A stretch of 63,073 bases of DNA, the filler included, from Octopus bimaculoides (taxonomy: Eukaryota), in assembly GCF_001194135.2 (NCBI RefSeq). It is 5 parts of 5 records of this genome, joined end to end, with 100 filler letters (N's around TTAATTAATTAA, not from the genome) between each part and the next. Parts side by side here need not be neighbours in the genome. Positions count along the whole stretch, not along the records: positions 38,340 to 53,325 come from NC_068997.1; positions 53,426 to 60,938 come from NC_068992.1; positions 61,039 to 63,073 come from NC_069004.1; 2 more parts are not named here. The stretch is one strand, 5' to 3'. A program made the position numbers and the translations under genes. Shown one piece after another: positions 52,415 through 63,073 of the stretch. How positions within the stretch are numbered: the stretch's first letter is position 1; each line of letters opens with the position of its first letter. The notes under the pieces were generated by a model that was given only the letters and a program-made list of their open reading frames with translations, was not told where the DNA came from and searched no databases.

Positions 52415-52477
52415 GCCTTGGGCCAACCAAAGCCTTGTGAGTAGATTTGGTAGACAGAAACTGAAAGAAGCCTGTCG

Positions 52478-52524
<47 letters not shown>

Positions 52525-52727
52525 TTGTGTGTCTGTTTGTCCCCCCAACATTGCTTCACAACCGATGCTGGTGTGTTTATGTCCCCGTAACTTAGCGGTT
52601 CGGCAAAAGAAACCAATAGAATAAGTACTAGGCTTCCAAAGAATAAGTCCTGGGGTCGATTTACTCAACTAAAGGTGGTGCTCCAGCATGGCTGCAGTCA
52701 AATGACTGAAACAAGTAAAAGAGTAAA
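52415..52727 (+). mobile_element. Family A SINE lacking its head (hidden in gap)
   Basis: gccttgggccaaccaaagccttgtgag...tail. Confidence 0.85.
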
Positions 52728-53118
52728 ATATAGGAGATAATTAACAGAAAATAGTTAAAGCAGTAAAATTAGATACTAATAGGCAGTTAATACGACAATA
52801 AAAGAAAAGTATAAAAATTATAAGAATAATAAATAATTATATGAAGATTAGGGGGTAAAACTATAAAAAATCTATAGAATGGTATATAGAAAAAATATAT
52901 CAAAAAGATTAGAGAATAATTTTAGAGAAATTAAATATCGAAAGTTGACTAGTGTAGGGAAGATAATAAATAACGGGAAAAATGGTCTAGTTTATATCTG
53001 CTAGGAGACTGGAAAAATTAAAAATATTGACATGATATATACATAGATCTGGTTATTCAAAAAAATTTCTTTTTTGTCATATATAGTTATATAAAGGTTT
53101 GTGCATGAAGTTGCGGGT

Positions 53119-53325
53119 GACACATGAAATGTTTCGAGCGGGATCGTTGCCAGTGCCCCTGGACTGGCTCATGTCCGGGAGACACATGAAATCTTTCGAG
53201 CGGGATCGATGCCAGTGCCCCTGGACTGGCTCATGTGCGGGCGACACATGAAATCTTTCGAGCGAGATCGTTGCCAGTGCCCCTGGACTGGCTCTTGTGC
53301 GGGAGACACATGAAATCTTTCGAGC
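53119..53325 (+). repeat. 62-bp tandem repeat (more than 3 copies, running into a gap)
   Basis: Unit gacacatgaaatctttcgagcgggatcgttgccagtgcccctggactggctcatgtgcggga. Confidence 0.95.
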
Positions 53326-53770
53326 NNNNNNNNNNNNNNNNNNNNNNNNNNNNNNNNNNNNNNNNNNNNTTAATTAATTAANNNNNNNNNNNNNNNNNNN
53401 NNNNNNNNNNNNNNNNNNNNNNNNNATTGTTAGAAGCTTAAAATATATGTATCTCTAATTCGAAGGTCGAAAGGCAATAACAATAACTTTTTAGGTCCCT
53501 CCAAAAATCGCCCGCTAAATAGAAGGAAACAATTAGACACGTAAGCTGCTTCCACTGCTACTGCTACTGCAATAGCAAGCAATGGTTCAATAAACTGAAG
53601 AATCCTTCGACAAGTGGACTCTACCTGAATATTTTGACAATGGTTTTTGCTAAGGATACCCAAGTGTGGCTTGGTGATAGAGTTAAAAATGTCCGGCGGA
53701 TTAGGCCTGTTGGATATTGGAGGCTAAAGGATGGAGATGATCAATGTGAAAGCAGATAATTCCCTCTTAC

Positions 53771-53877
53771 CTAATTACTCCCATCAGCTGTGACATAGTC
53801 AGGTCCATCGGAATCAGGAATTTGGTCTTGTCCAAGAAAGGGAGGTGTTTTTCTCTAGGACCTCGTTCAATGATTAC
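53771..53877 (-). CDS. MAP1LC3: Internal exon of an ATG8/LC3-family gene (divergent, LC3C-like)
   Basis: Minus strand reads tcttccgtcacag|GTAATC...GTAATTAG|gtaaga. It translates to VIIERGPREKHLPFLDKTKFLIPMDLTMSQLMGVIR, matching the LC3 signature VIIERY..EK.LP.LDKTKFL.P..(L/V).MSQ/E...IIR. Length (107 nt) and phases (0 to 2) match the conserved LC3 exon. The other LC3 exons were not confidently found. Confidence 0.9.
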
Positions 53878-54644
53878 CTGTGACGGAAGAGGACAATGAA
53901 GTCGTTTTAATTCAAGATCATACAACAACAGCAATAAAAGCAACAACAACAACGACAAACAAACAAACAACAACGCAATCATTACTGCCAACAGATGTCC
54001 ATGTATGCAGTCACTCATTCAACCTGCAAGGAATAGCAATCAAATCTCGCCAGCAGATATAGACTCACTCTTCCCTCTAGCATCAGTTCGCCAACAGAGG
54101 ATCCAGGGTGTGGTAGCTGGAGGAAAGAGGACTGCACCAACATCAAACTGGTGATCATTTTTACTTGGGTGTATGTGTGTATATGTATGTACACACACAC
54201 ACATACATATGCTTATNNNNNNNNNNNNNNNNNNNNNNNNNNNNNNNNNNNNNNNNNNNNNNNNNNNNNNNNNNNNNNNNNNNNNNNNNNNNNNNNNNNN
54301 NNNNNNNNNNNNNNNNNNNGCGTCCTGCCCTAACTCTTCGAAACACTTAGTTTTAGAATGGTGGCAGCTGATGAAGGATATGTTCTCTATGTGGCCTGTG
54401 TATTTTCTGTACCCTGTTTATCATTTTGTCCACGTTTTTTTGCTACGTCCTGTACCCAGATATGCATCTATATATACATGTAGATGTAGGTATGTACAAA
54501 CATGTACGTATATATGCATATACTCACATATTATTTGTATTATATATATATACCAATGAACATAATTAAAATTAATCAAAGGACATACTAAGTATGTCTG
54601 CCTGCTGGAAATAACAGTCAAAACTCTTATTTAAATCGCCAGAA

Positions 54645-54945
54645 CTCAGAGCATTCGGTTCTACGTCTCCATCTTTACGTTCTCAGTTCAAATTCCGCCG
54701 AGGTGGACTTTGCCTTTCATCTTTTCGAGGTCAATAAAATAAGTACCAATTGTGTACCAGGGTCCATGTAATCAAAATGCATCGCGGCATTTCTTCCGAC
54801 CTTACGTTCCGAGTTCAAATTCCGCCGAGGTCAACTTTACCTTTCATCTTTTCTGGATCGAAAAAATAAGTTACCAGTTGGAATCGATGCAATCGGCTAT
54901 CAACCTCCCGTCAAATTTCAGGCCTTGTGCCTATAGTAAAAATGA
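54645..54945 (+). mobile_element. Family B SINE-like repeat, two tandem copies
   Basis: ttacgttc..agttcaaattccgccgagg(tg/tc)..actttgcctttcatc...aaataagtacca occurs twice. Related copies at about 10920-11145 (+), 32570-32712 (-) and 57480-57670 (-). Confidence 0.75.
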
Positions 54946-54994
54946 CTACTACTACTACTACAACTACTACTACTACAACTACTACTACTACTAC

Positions 54995-55032
<38 letters not shown>

Positions 55033-55035
55033 TTA
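54945..55035. repeat. (ACT)n(AAT)n microsatellite
   Basis: Direct reading. Confidence 0.9.
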
Positions 55036-56029
55036 ATGCTGCTACTTCTACTGCTACATGCTGTATGAGGTGGTGATGGAAGGCGTTGTGTGTCGGTGAA
55101 AAAACATTGATGTAAGTGGTGGTAGTGGTGATAGTAGTTGTTGTGATGTCGATGTATTGGTTGTTATGTTGGAAGTACAGAAGAAATACATTCATGGGGG
55201 TGTGTCTGTGGTGTATTTGTGTGTGTGTGTGTGTGTGTGTGTGTCCGATTTCCAAGAAGTGAAGTATATTAGATTATTCGTTTCCCCGTAGAAAAAAAAA
55301 AGATCAACCTCGTAGTTCATCTAATTAGATCTGTAGGGACCAATTGCAGTATTGACAAATGCACCGACTGACAGCAGTTCCTACAACTGCAATATCAATT
55401 AGACACACCCTGTATACTTCTTATTGTATTACTACTATTACTACTATTACTACTACTACTACTACAACACTACTACTACTACTACTACACATAAGCTACT
55501 GAATCCTTGTAATTTTTCCTATTTTTTCTATTTTTCCTATTTTTCTACGCAATCCTTTCGGACGAAGCAAAAGAGTGAGAGCCTTTATGTGGTCATTGTA
55601 TTTGCTAGAAACAGTCGTCATATCTCCATCAAATCACATACTACTGTCCGTGTATGTTGTCAAGAGATATTTTTCCAGAATTTAAAATGGGATATTCATG
55701 GCCACAGTACTTTTGATTATATAATAGTTCTACTCAATCATCTAGACAGTAACAACCAAAGCAATAATTGCTATGAAAGGTTTAAGCCTGTTATGACTTA
55801 TAAGGTCGGAGCTCAATGATATATGAGTGACTGGGATTACAACACTCACCCCGTCTTGAACTGGGCGTGCCTGTCCGTTACAGTGTTACCTTCCCAACTA
55901 TTGCTCGAACTTATTTACAGCTGAATAGACTGACAGAAGCAACGTGAAAGGAAGTGCCTGGTCTGAGAATAGAAACCATGATCTTAAGATCATGAGTCTA
56001 ATCTCTCGGCCAAACGCCTTCACCAAAAG

Positions 56030-56420
56030 AAACTGTTGTTGGCATTCCGTCGCTTACGACGTCGAGGGTTCCAGTTGATCCGATCAACGGAACAGCCTGC
56101 TCGTGAAATTAACATGCAAGTGGCTGAGCACTCCACAGACACGTGTGCCCTTAACGTAGTTCTCGAGGATATTCAGCATGACACAGTATGACAAGGCTGA
56201 CCCTTTAAATTACAGGCACAGCAGAAACAGGAAGTAAGAATGAGAGAAAGTTGTGGTGAAAGAGTACAGCAGGGTTCGCCACCATCCCCTGCCGGAGCCT
56301 CGTGGAGCTTTAGGTGTTTTCGCTCAATAAACACTCACAACGCCCAGTCTGGGAATCGAAACCTCGATCCTATCACCGCGAGTCCGCTGCCCTAACCACT
56401 GGGCCATTGCGCCTCCACTT
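56030..56420 (-). mobile_element. tRNA-derived SINE (family C), full length
   Basis: Reverse-complement head gtggaggcgcaatggcccagtggttagggcagcggactcgcgg...gtttcgattccc (A and B boxes), long body and (AAC)n end. Confidence 0.8.
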
Positions 56421-57479
56421 GACCAAAAGAAAACACGGGTATTAAAAAAGCAGCATTCAAAGGGAAAGATTATTTTATACTCACTGGTATTTTGTCAATA
56501 TATCTTGATTTTATACTCTTCGATTCTTCGATTCTTTGTTCTAGAAATTACAAGAAGAGAATTCTTACTTATAATAAAATGCAATGTGTATCCGATCAGT
56601 TACGCTAGGACAAGGAGACTCGAACAGCAAACAGAAAGAGAGTGAATGACACTCAGATACGCTACATGCAGGCAAACAGTAGTGAGCGGTTTTGCTCTGA
56701 AGTCGCTGGTATTCTAATTAAAATTAAACTTAAATTGTATTTAGTTTATCAGTTTCGCACACACACATACATACACACACATACACGCACACACATATGT
56801 ATATATGAAATTAAACATTAAACCCTGTTGTCTTCAAAATATTATCGTTCACATAACAATTATACACACACACACACACATACACACACACACATACATA
56901 CACACACAAACATACACATATATACATATATATACTAGTAAACCCGTGTCGTCAAAAATGCTGAAAGTTTTATTGATGATAGAAAATAGCATGTCAAATT
57001 AATGCTATATGTCAGCACTCGATTAAATATATGCATATACACAGAATTGAAACACTTGAATTGGATACGGTCGTAACGTCTGGGTTGAAAATATCGCCCT
57101 TTTAGATGTACATATTTCAAATATTATGTTAGATCCGGTTCTACACGAAATCTTGAATGGTCAGTTTTTTTTATTATGACGTTGGTAATATTCTAACGAA
57201 TAGTAATCGAATTCTTCAGGGTTTTTGTTCTAACTTTTTTTTTCTTTTTTTGCATCGGGTATAGCAATCCGGTTTCTATTACTAAATATTTGCGGCTAAA
57301 TTTTCCCATTATATATCTTCTCTGAGAATGCAAGGTTCGAATAAAAACAAAAATTTAATAGCATAAACAACAATTTTGTTAAGTTATTTCACTTGCATTG
57401 ACAAAAAAAAAATCTATCTTTCCATGTATAAGTTTATTATTATTATATCTAATTTCTACTTACAACCTCAGTAATAATT

Positions 57480-57670
57480 CCTTTTTACTATAAGCACAAG
57501 ATCTGAAATTTGGGGAGAAGGGACTAGTCGATTACATCGACCCCCGTCCGTAACTGGTTCTTAATTTATCGATCCCGAAAGAATGAAATGCAAAGTCAAT
57601 CTCGGCGGAATTTGAACTAAGAACGTAGCGACGGGTGATAGGCATTTCGTCTAGTGTGTTAAAGTTTCTG
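57480..57670 (-). mobile_element. Family B SINE-like repeat
   Basis: Same motif set on the minus strand. Confidence 0.75.
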
Positions 57671-58454
57671 CCAGCTCACCGCATTTACGGCGTCAGTAAT
57701 AATGCCATTTGGCTGCATGTATGAACGTATGCATATATCTACATGCGTACGTACAAATGCATGCAAGCACGGGTGATCCTTTGGGCTTTATTAAAGCTTG
57801 CTTTTTCCTTTGCAGAATTCTAGCTGTTCGCTAACACAGTTGCAAGGCTTCTTCGTTTAAGTAAAAAGAGCTCTTGGGGATTTTAGTTATCTGAATTGGT
57901 TGATATAGACTATACTTGTATGTGTGTGTGTGTGTGTGGATAGCTTGCACTCGCTTCGTGGGCATGCATGTGTATGCCTGTGTGCTTCATTACTGGTTAT
58001 GTGTATGTGTGTGTGTATGCGTATGCATGTGTATTCCATATGTTTGTGTAACTACGTGCACAGGTTCACTCAGAGAGCTTGAAAGAAGAATTCCCAAAAG
58101 GTTTACGTACGTGTGTGTGTGTGTGTATGTATATATATATATATATATATNNNNNNNNNNNNNNNNNNNNNNNNNNNNNNNNNNNNNNNNNNNNNNNNNN
58201 NNNNNNNNNNNNNNNNNNNNNNNNNNNNNNNNNNNNNNNNNNATATATCTTGAATTGTGAGGATTTAATGTAACTAATTAATGGTTTACGGCAGATTTGA
58301 AGAGGAAATAGAATAGAGTGATTGAATTAAGACCTCCATATTATAATGGGTGTAGAAGATAGATACAGGAATTAGACAAAATAACATCTGTTAAAGCAGA
58401 TTCGAATGATTACGATTAAAAAAAATGGTGTTGAATTAGAAAAATAGAGGAAAG

Positions 58455-58720
58455 CACTGAGCTGGCAGGATCGTTAGTGTGCCGGAGAAATTGGCTGGCG
58501 GCATTTCGCTCTCCACGCCAGTGTTATCCAAAGAAAAGGCAAAGGCCGATACAGCTTAGCACAAGTGACGTCGCAACTCATTTCTACAGCTGAGTGAACT
58601 GGAGCAACGTGAAATGAAGTGTCTTGCTCAAGAACACGACAGCCCTGTCCGGGAATCGAACTCGCTACCCCATGATTGTGAGCCCCATGCTGTAACCACT
58701 GAGTCATGCGCTTTCACGCA
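58455..58720 (-). mobile_element. tRNA-derived SINE (family D)
   Basis: Reverse-complement head gtgaaagcgcatgactcagtggttacagc...gagttcgattcccgg, then tcttgagcaagacacttcatttcac. Related copies at about 15550-15722 and 55830-56010. Confidence 0.75.
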
Positions 58721-59371
58721 GAAGTACACTACACTACCATCATACGCTTTCCTGTACTTCCACTACTTCTACAGGAAAGCGTACGATGGTAGTGGTGGTA
58801 GTAGTAGCGGGAGTGAAGTGTATAGCGATAGATAGGAATAACGTATGATGGTAGCAGCAGCAGCAGCGGTGGTAGTGGTGGTGGTGGTGGAATGGGCGTA
58901 GTAAATGTAGGAGGTGGAAGAGGAGAAAATCTGTTAAACTAACGTCAAGATTTATAAGTTGTTGTTATTTTTTAACCAAATATAGAAGAAAATAAGACAA
59001 GAGACAGTCTATAATATAGTGAACGTAAAGTCCTTGAAACAGTTTCAAATCACTCTATTGGTGGAATATAATCGTAGTTTGGTACCTTAGACCCCCGCCT
59101 CCAATGACCTCTTAATCAACGAATTCTTATCAATCAAGTTTTTTGCTGATTATATCAAAATTAGAAGTTTGACCTTGATTGGAATTCGCTTTCTTTTTCT
59201 AATTATGAATATATTAATTAGTTGATCGGATCACTCTATTAACTCATCAACTGATAAAGACTTCTTTTTTAAATAACAAAACATACATACATACACATAG
59301 ATATACATACACACACATGCATACACACACACACACACATACACATATATAAATAAATATATACAAACATA

Positions 59372-59526
59372 TAGGCGCAGGGCTGTATGGTAAGAAGCTT
59401 GCTTCCGAACCACATGGTCCAGGTTCAGTCCCAATGTATGGCATCTTGAGCAAGTGTCTTCTGCTATAGCCTCAGGCCGACCAAAGTTTTGTGAAGCGAA
59501 AAACTGAAAGAAGCCCGTCGTATATA
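59372..59526 (+). mobile_element. Family A SINE head
   Basis: ggcgcagggctgtatggtaagaagcttgcttcc...ggttcagtccc...tcttgagcaagtgtcttc. Confidence 0.8.
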
Positions 59527-60399
59527 NNNNNNNNNNNNNNNNNNNNNNNNNNNNNNNNNNNNNNNNNNNNNNNNNNNNNNNNNNNNNNNNNNNNNNNNNN
59601 NNNNNNNNNNNNNNNNNNNNNNNNNNNNNNNNNNNNNNNNNNNNNNNNNNNNNNNNNNNNNNNNNNNNNNNNNNNNNNNNNNNNNNNNNNNNNNNNNNNN
59701 NNNNNNNNNNNNNNNNNNNNNNNNNNNNNNNNNNNNNNNNNNNNNNNNNNNNNNNNNNNNNNNNNNNNNNNNNNNNNNNNNNNNNNNNNNNNNNNNNNNN
59801 NNNNNNNNNNNNNNNNNNNNNNNNNNNNNNNNNNNNNNNNNNNNNNNNNNNNNNNNNNNNNNNNNNNNNNNNNNNNNNNNNNNNNNNNNNNNNNNNNNNN
59901 NNNNNNNNNNNNNNNNNNNNNNNNNNNNNNNNNNNNNNNNNNNNNNNNNNNNNNNNNNNNNNNNNNNNNNNNNNNNNNNNNNNNNNNNNNNNNNNNNNNN
60001 NNNNNNNNNNNNNNNNNNNNNNNNNNNNNNNNNNNNNNNNNNNNNNNNNNNNNNNNNNNNNNNNNNNNNNNNNNNNNNNNNNNNNNNNNNNNNNNNNNNN
60101 NNNNNNNNNNNNNNNNNNNNNNNNNNNNNNNNNNNNNNNNNNNNNNNNNNNNNNNNNNNNNNNNNNNNNNNNNNNNNNNNNNNNNNNNNNNNNNNNNNNN
60201 NNNNNNNNNNNNNNNNNNNNNNNNNNNNNNNNNNNNNNNNNNNNNNNNNNNNNNNNNNNNNNNNNNNNNNNNNNNNNNNNNNNNNNNNNNNNNNNNNNNN
60301 NNNNNNNNNNNNNNNNNNNNNNNNNNNNNNNNNNNNNNNNNNNNNNNNNNNNNNNNNNNNNNNNNNNNNNNNNNNNNNNNNNNNNNNNNNNNNNNNNNN

Positions 60400-60432
<33 letters not shown>

Positions 60433-61038
60433 CATACAGATATATATATATACAGATACATATATACATACATACATATAGAAATAAATATATGTGTTTA
60501 TTTATATGTATATATATATACATATACATACATATATATATACACACATATACACTCATATACATATGTGCATATACGTCCATACGTATGCATTTATGTA
60601 TGTACGTATGTATGTATGTATGTATGTATGTATGTATGTATGTATGTATGTATGTATATATATATATATATATATATGTATACGAGCGGACAAACGAAAG
60701 AAAGAGACACTGAAGACATTTTGTAGGAGTTACATATCATATTCTTTAAAAACAGTTTGATTCAACCCCATACAACTTACTTTCGTGCGTTCATCACATT
60801 ACCCTAGTTCGTTTACGGGGTCATCAGAAAAAAAATATATATATGTATATACATATATATGTATATATATTATGTAAGTATATACATATATATATATATA
60901 CATATATATATATATGAATATATATATATATATATATANNNNNNNNNNNNNNNNNNNNNNNNNNNNNNNNNNNNNNNNNNNNTTAATTAATTAANNNNNN
61001 NNNNNNNNNNNNNNNNNNNNNNNNNNNNNNNNNNNNNN

Positions 61039-61075
<37 letters not shown>

Positions 61076-61092
61076 TATATACACATATGCAT

Positions 61093-61600
61093 ATTAACTG
61101 ACGTACCCGGTAATTCCCGGAAAAGCGGGGCTTAACCCTTCGTTCCGTTTTAATAATTGCTTCGCGAATCCAATGACAACAATACGTATGTAGCCCTTAA
61201 AACTTTTTTGTGCATTTACAGAGACTACCGAGCTGTCTTACACAGGATCTTGTTTTTAGGACTTCCCAATAAGTTATGAATACTCAAATTCTGAAGTCAG
61301 TTACGTAATAACATGAGATTAGTTATCCGATAGTAAGAATTCAAATAAAGTAGCCCCGAAAAGTCTTTAATGCGTTCCCAGAGTATATAGAACATAGGAG
61401 GAAATACTAATGTATACCCAAATCGTGAAGCATGTTACGTAATAATAGGCTATTCAAATATGAGATAATAATTCAAAGTAAATAACTCTGCAAAAGGGCT
61501 TTTGTGCGTTCCCAGAGAATATTACTCTCGGGGGCGCTGGTGTTGAAATAGATTTACAATGAATGTAGAATCAGACTGACATTTAGTTTTACACTAGACA
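61093..61600 (+). mobile_element. Possible non-autonomous Helitron-like element
   Basis: Starts in a (TA) tract with actgacgtacccggtaattcccgg (short hairpin) and ends cagactgacatttagttttacactaga. Resemblance only. Confidence 0.3.
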
Positions 61601-61671
61601 TACAAATAAATTTGCATATCGATTTAAAAATAAAATAACATGTAGATTATCAATACTTTTACAACACTTAC

Positions 61672-62603
61672 GAAAACATCAACTGAGCTATCAATACGAA
61701 TTAAGAAAATGTTGCTACATGTAAACAGCGTTCGAATTGTATGAATACAGCGGAGATTGCAATGTTATTGATAGATAAATGGCGATTTCTGTCTGCTTGT
61801 GTGGTTAGTTGTTACGTAGAGCACAACGTTACAAAACATTAACATATCTATCAATATAAATTAAGAAAGTGTTCCTACATGTAAACAGGGTGTGACATTT
61901 GTGTTGACAGTGCATTTGTCTAAAAGCAGAATAGTTCTTCATGTAGCGCTTGTCAGTTGGCTGAAGTGACATGAAAGGCATCGCCATTCCTGGTATATTG
62001 GTGAATAAATCACTAACCGAAATAAGTGGATCTATTTTTGAACGCTCTTGCCACAGTTTTCATGCGCGCGCAGGTTGAGAACTCAGATTTGATCTTTTTT
62101 AAGAAAGTGTTCCTACATGTAGACGGCGTGTGGCCTTTATGACAGTGCAGATGACCAGTGGGCAGAAAAGAAAAATAAGGGATTTTAAATGATTTATTTC
62201 CCCTTTGCCGTTATATAAAAGTAAAGGGTACATGTTAAGAAAACATCAACACAGCTATCAATACGAATTAAGAAAATGTTGCTACATGTAAACAGCATGT
62301 GAATTGTATGAATACAGCGCAGATTGCAATGTTATTGATAGATAAATGGCGATTTCCGTCTGTTTGTGTGTTTGGTTGTTACAGAGAACACATCGTTACA
62401 AAACAACACATCTATCAATATAAGTTAAGAAAGTGTTCCTACATGTAGACAGGGTGTGACATTTGTGATGACAGTGCATTTGTCTAAAAGCAGAATAGTT
62501 CTTCATGTAGCGCTTGTCAATTGGCTGAAGTGACATGAAAGGCATCGTCATTCGTGGTATACTCGTGAATAAGTTACTAACCGAAATAAGTGGATCTATT
62601 TTT
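61672..62603 (+). repeat. Direct repeat of about 365 bp, period about 568 bp
   Basis: 61672-62039 is highly similar to 62240-62603. Confidence 0.9.
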
Positions 62604-63073
62604 TTAGGAAAATCTTATTTACTTGTTTAAGGGTTGTACTGAGTAAATTGCGAAAACAACTCTAACAGTTCAAATACTAAGAAATAAGCATACTCAACTT
62701 GATTTATATCAAATAAAATCACTGACCTTGTCTGACAATTTCTTGTAAGAAAGTTCACGTAACGTAGAATGTTTGTTTAATAGATCGAGAAGTATTTATT
62801 ATACATTTTTCATTTATTATATATAGGAAAATTAATGGGTAATTTTCTATGGCTAGTAAAATGAATGGGTTATTTCCCTTGACGGGTAATGGTTATATAT
62901 GTGGATCCCTTTTAGGGGCCCCAGCCATCCAATTATAGATTTTTACTAAAAATTAAAATTAAATTAAGTTTCACAGTATAAAATAAATATATAGTTTTAG
63001 AGTAAAAAACATGTGACTGTGGATTTTCATCGATGAGTTCATGAACGTTGGTTCTTTTCTCTAAAACTATATA

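Noticed and set aside
54069-54116. 48-nt minus-strand segment with good acceptor and donor, as a candidate LC3 exon 2
   Set aside because: Length, phase and peptide (LPHPGSSVGELMLEGR) do not match the LC3 exon ending in P.KIP. It could still be an unrelated or UTR exon.
56340-56420. tRNA-like sequences here and at other SINE heads
   Set aside because: They continue into SINE bodies and lack complete cloverleaves, so they are not tRNA genes.
61700-62450. CTACATGTA as p53 half-sites
   Set aside because: The flanks do not fit RRRCWWGYYY and the sites are not paired.

Overview
Eukaryotic, AT-rich, gap-ridden genomic DNA. The repeat families, microsatellite load and TTAATTAATTAA gap linkers suggest an Octopus (coleoid cephalopod) draft assembly; this is inference. 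Most of the window is repeats: about 18 copies or fragments of one tRNA-head/CORE-like SINE plus other SINEs, decayed RTE and RLE-type (R4-like) LINEs, Tc1/mariner remnants (one full-length mariner with TIRs and TA duplications), Penelope-like element (PLE) remnants, a 5.2 kb CpG-rich (AACG/TACG) satellite and many microsatellites. Three host exons are supported, all on the minus strand. One is a 107-nt exon of a divergent ATG8/LC3 (LC3C-like) gene at 53771-53877. The other two (37146-37811 and 32849-32922) are in frame and encode the C-terminus of an acidic, Ala/Glu-rich, aromatic-free disordered protein. The best leads are: (1) a family of short PLE-type repeats carrying an intact minimal type I hammerhead ribozyme, in tandem and inverted arrays; (2) the divergent LC3 exon with no canonical partner exons visible, and its possible link to the acidic exons; (3) a PLE GIY-YIG endonuclease ORF split by a mariner, which rejoins in frame when the mariner is removed and lies next to a long near-perfect inverted repeat. 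Almost all other ORFs in the supplied track are microsatellite or N-gap artefacts. All coordinates and alignments were read by eye.
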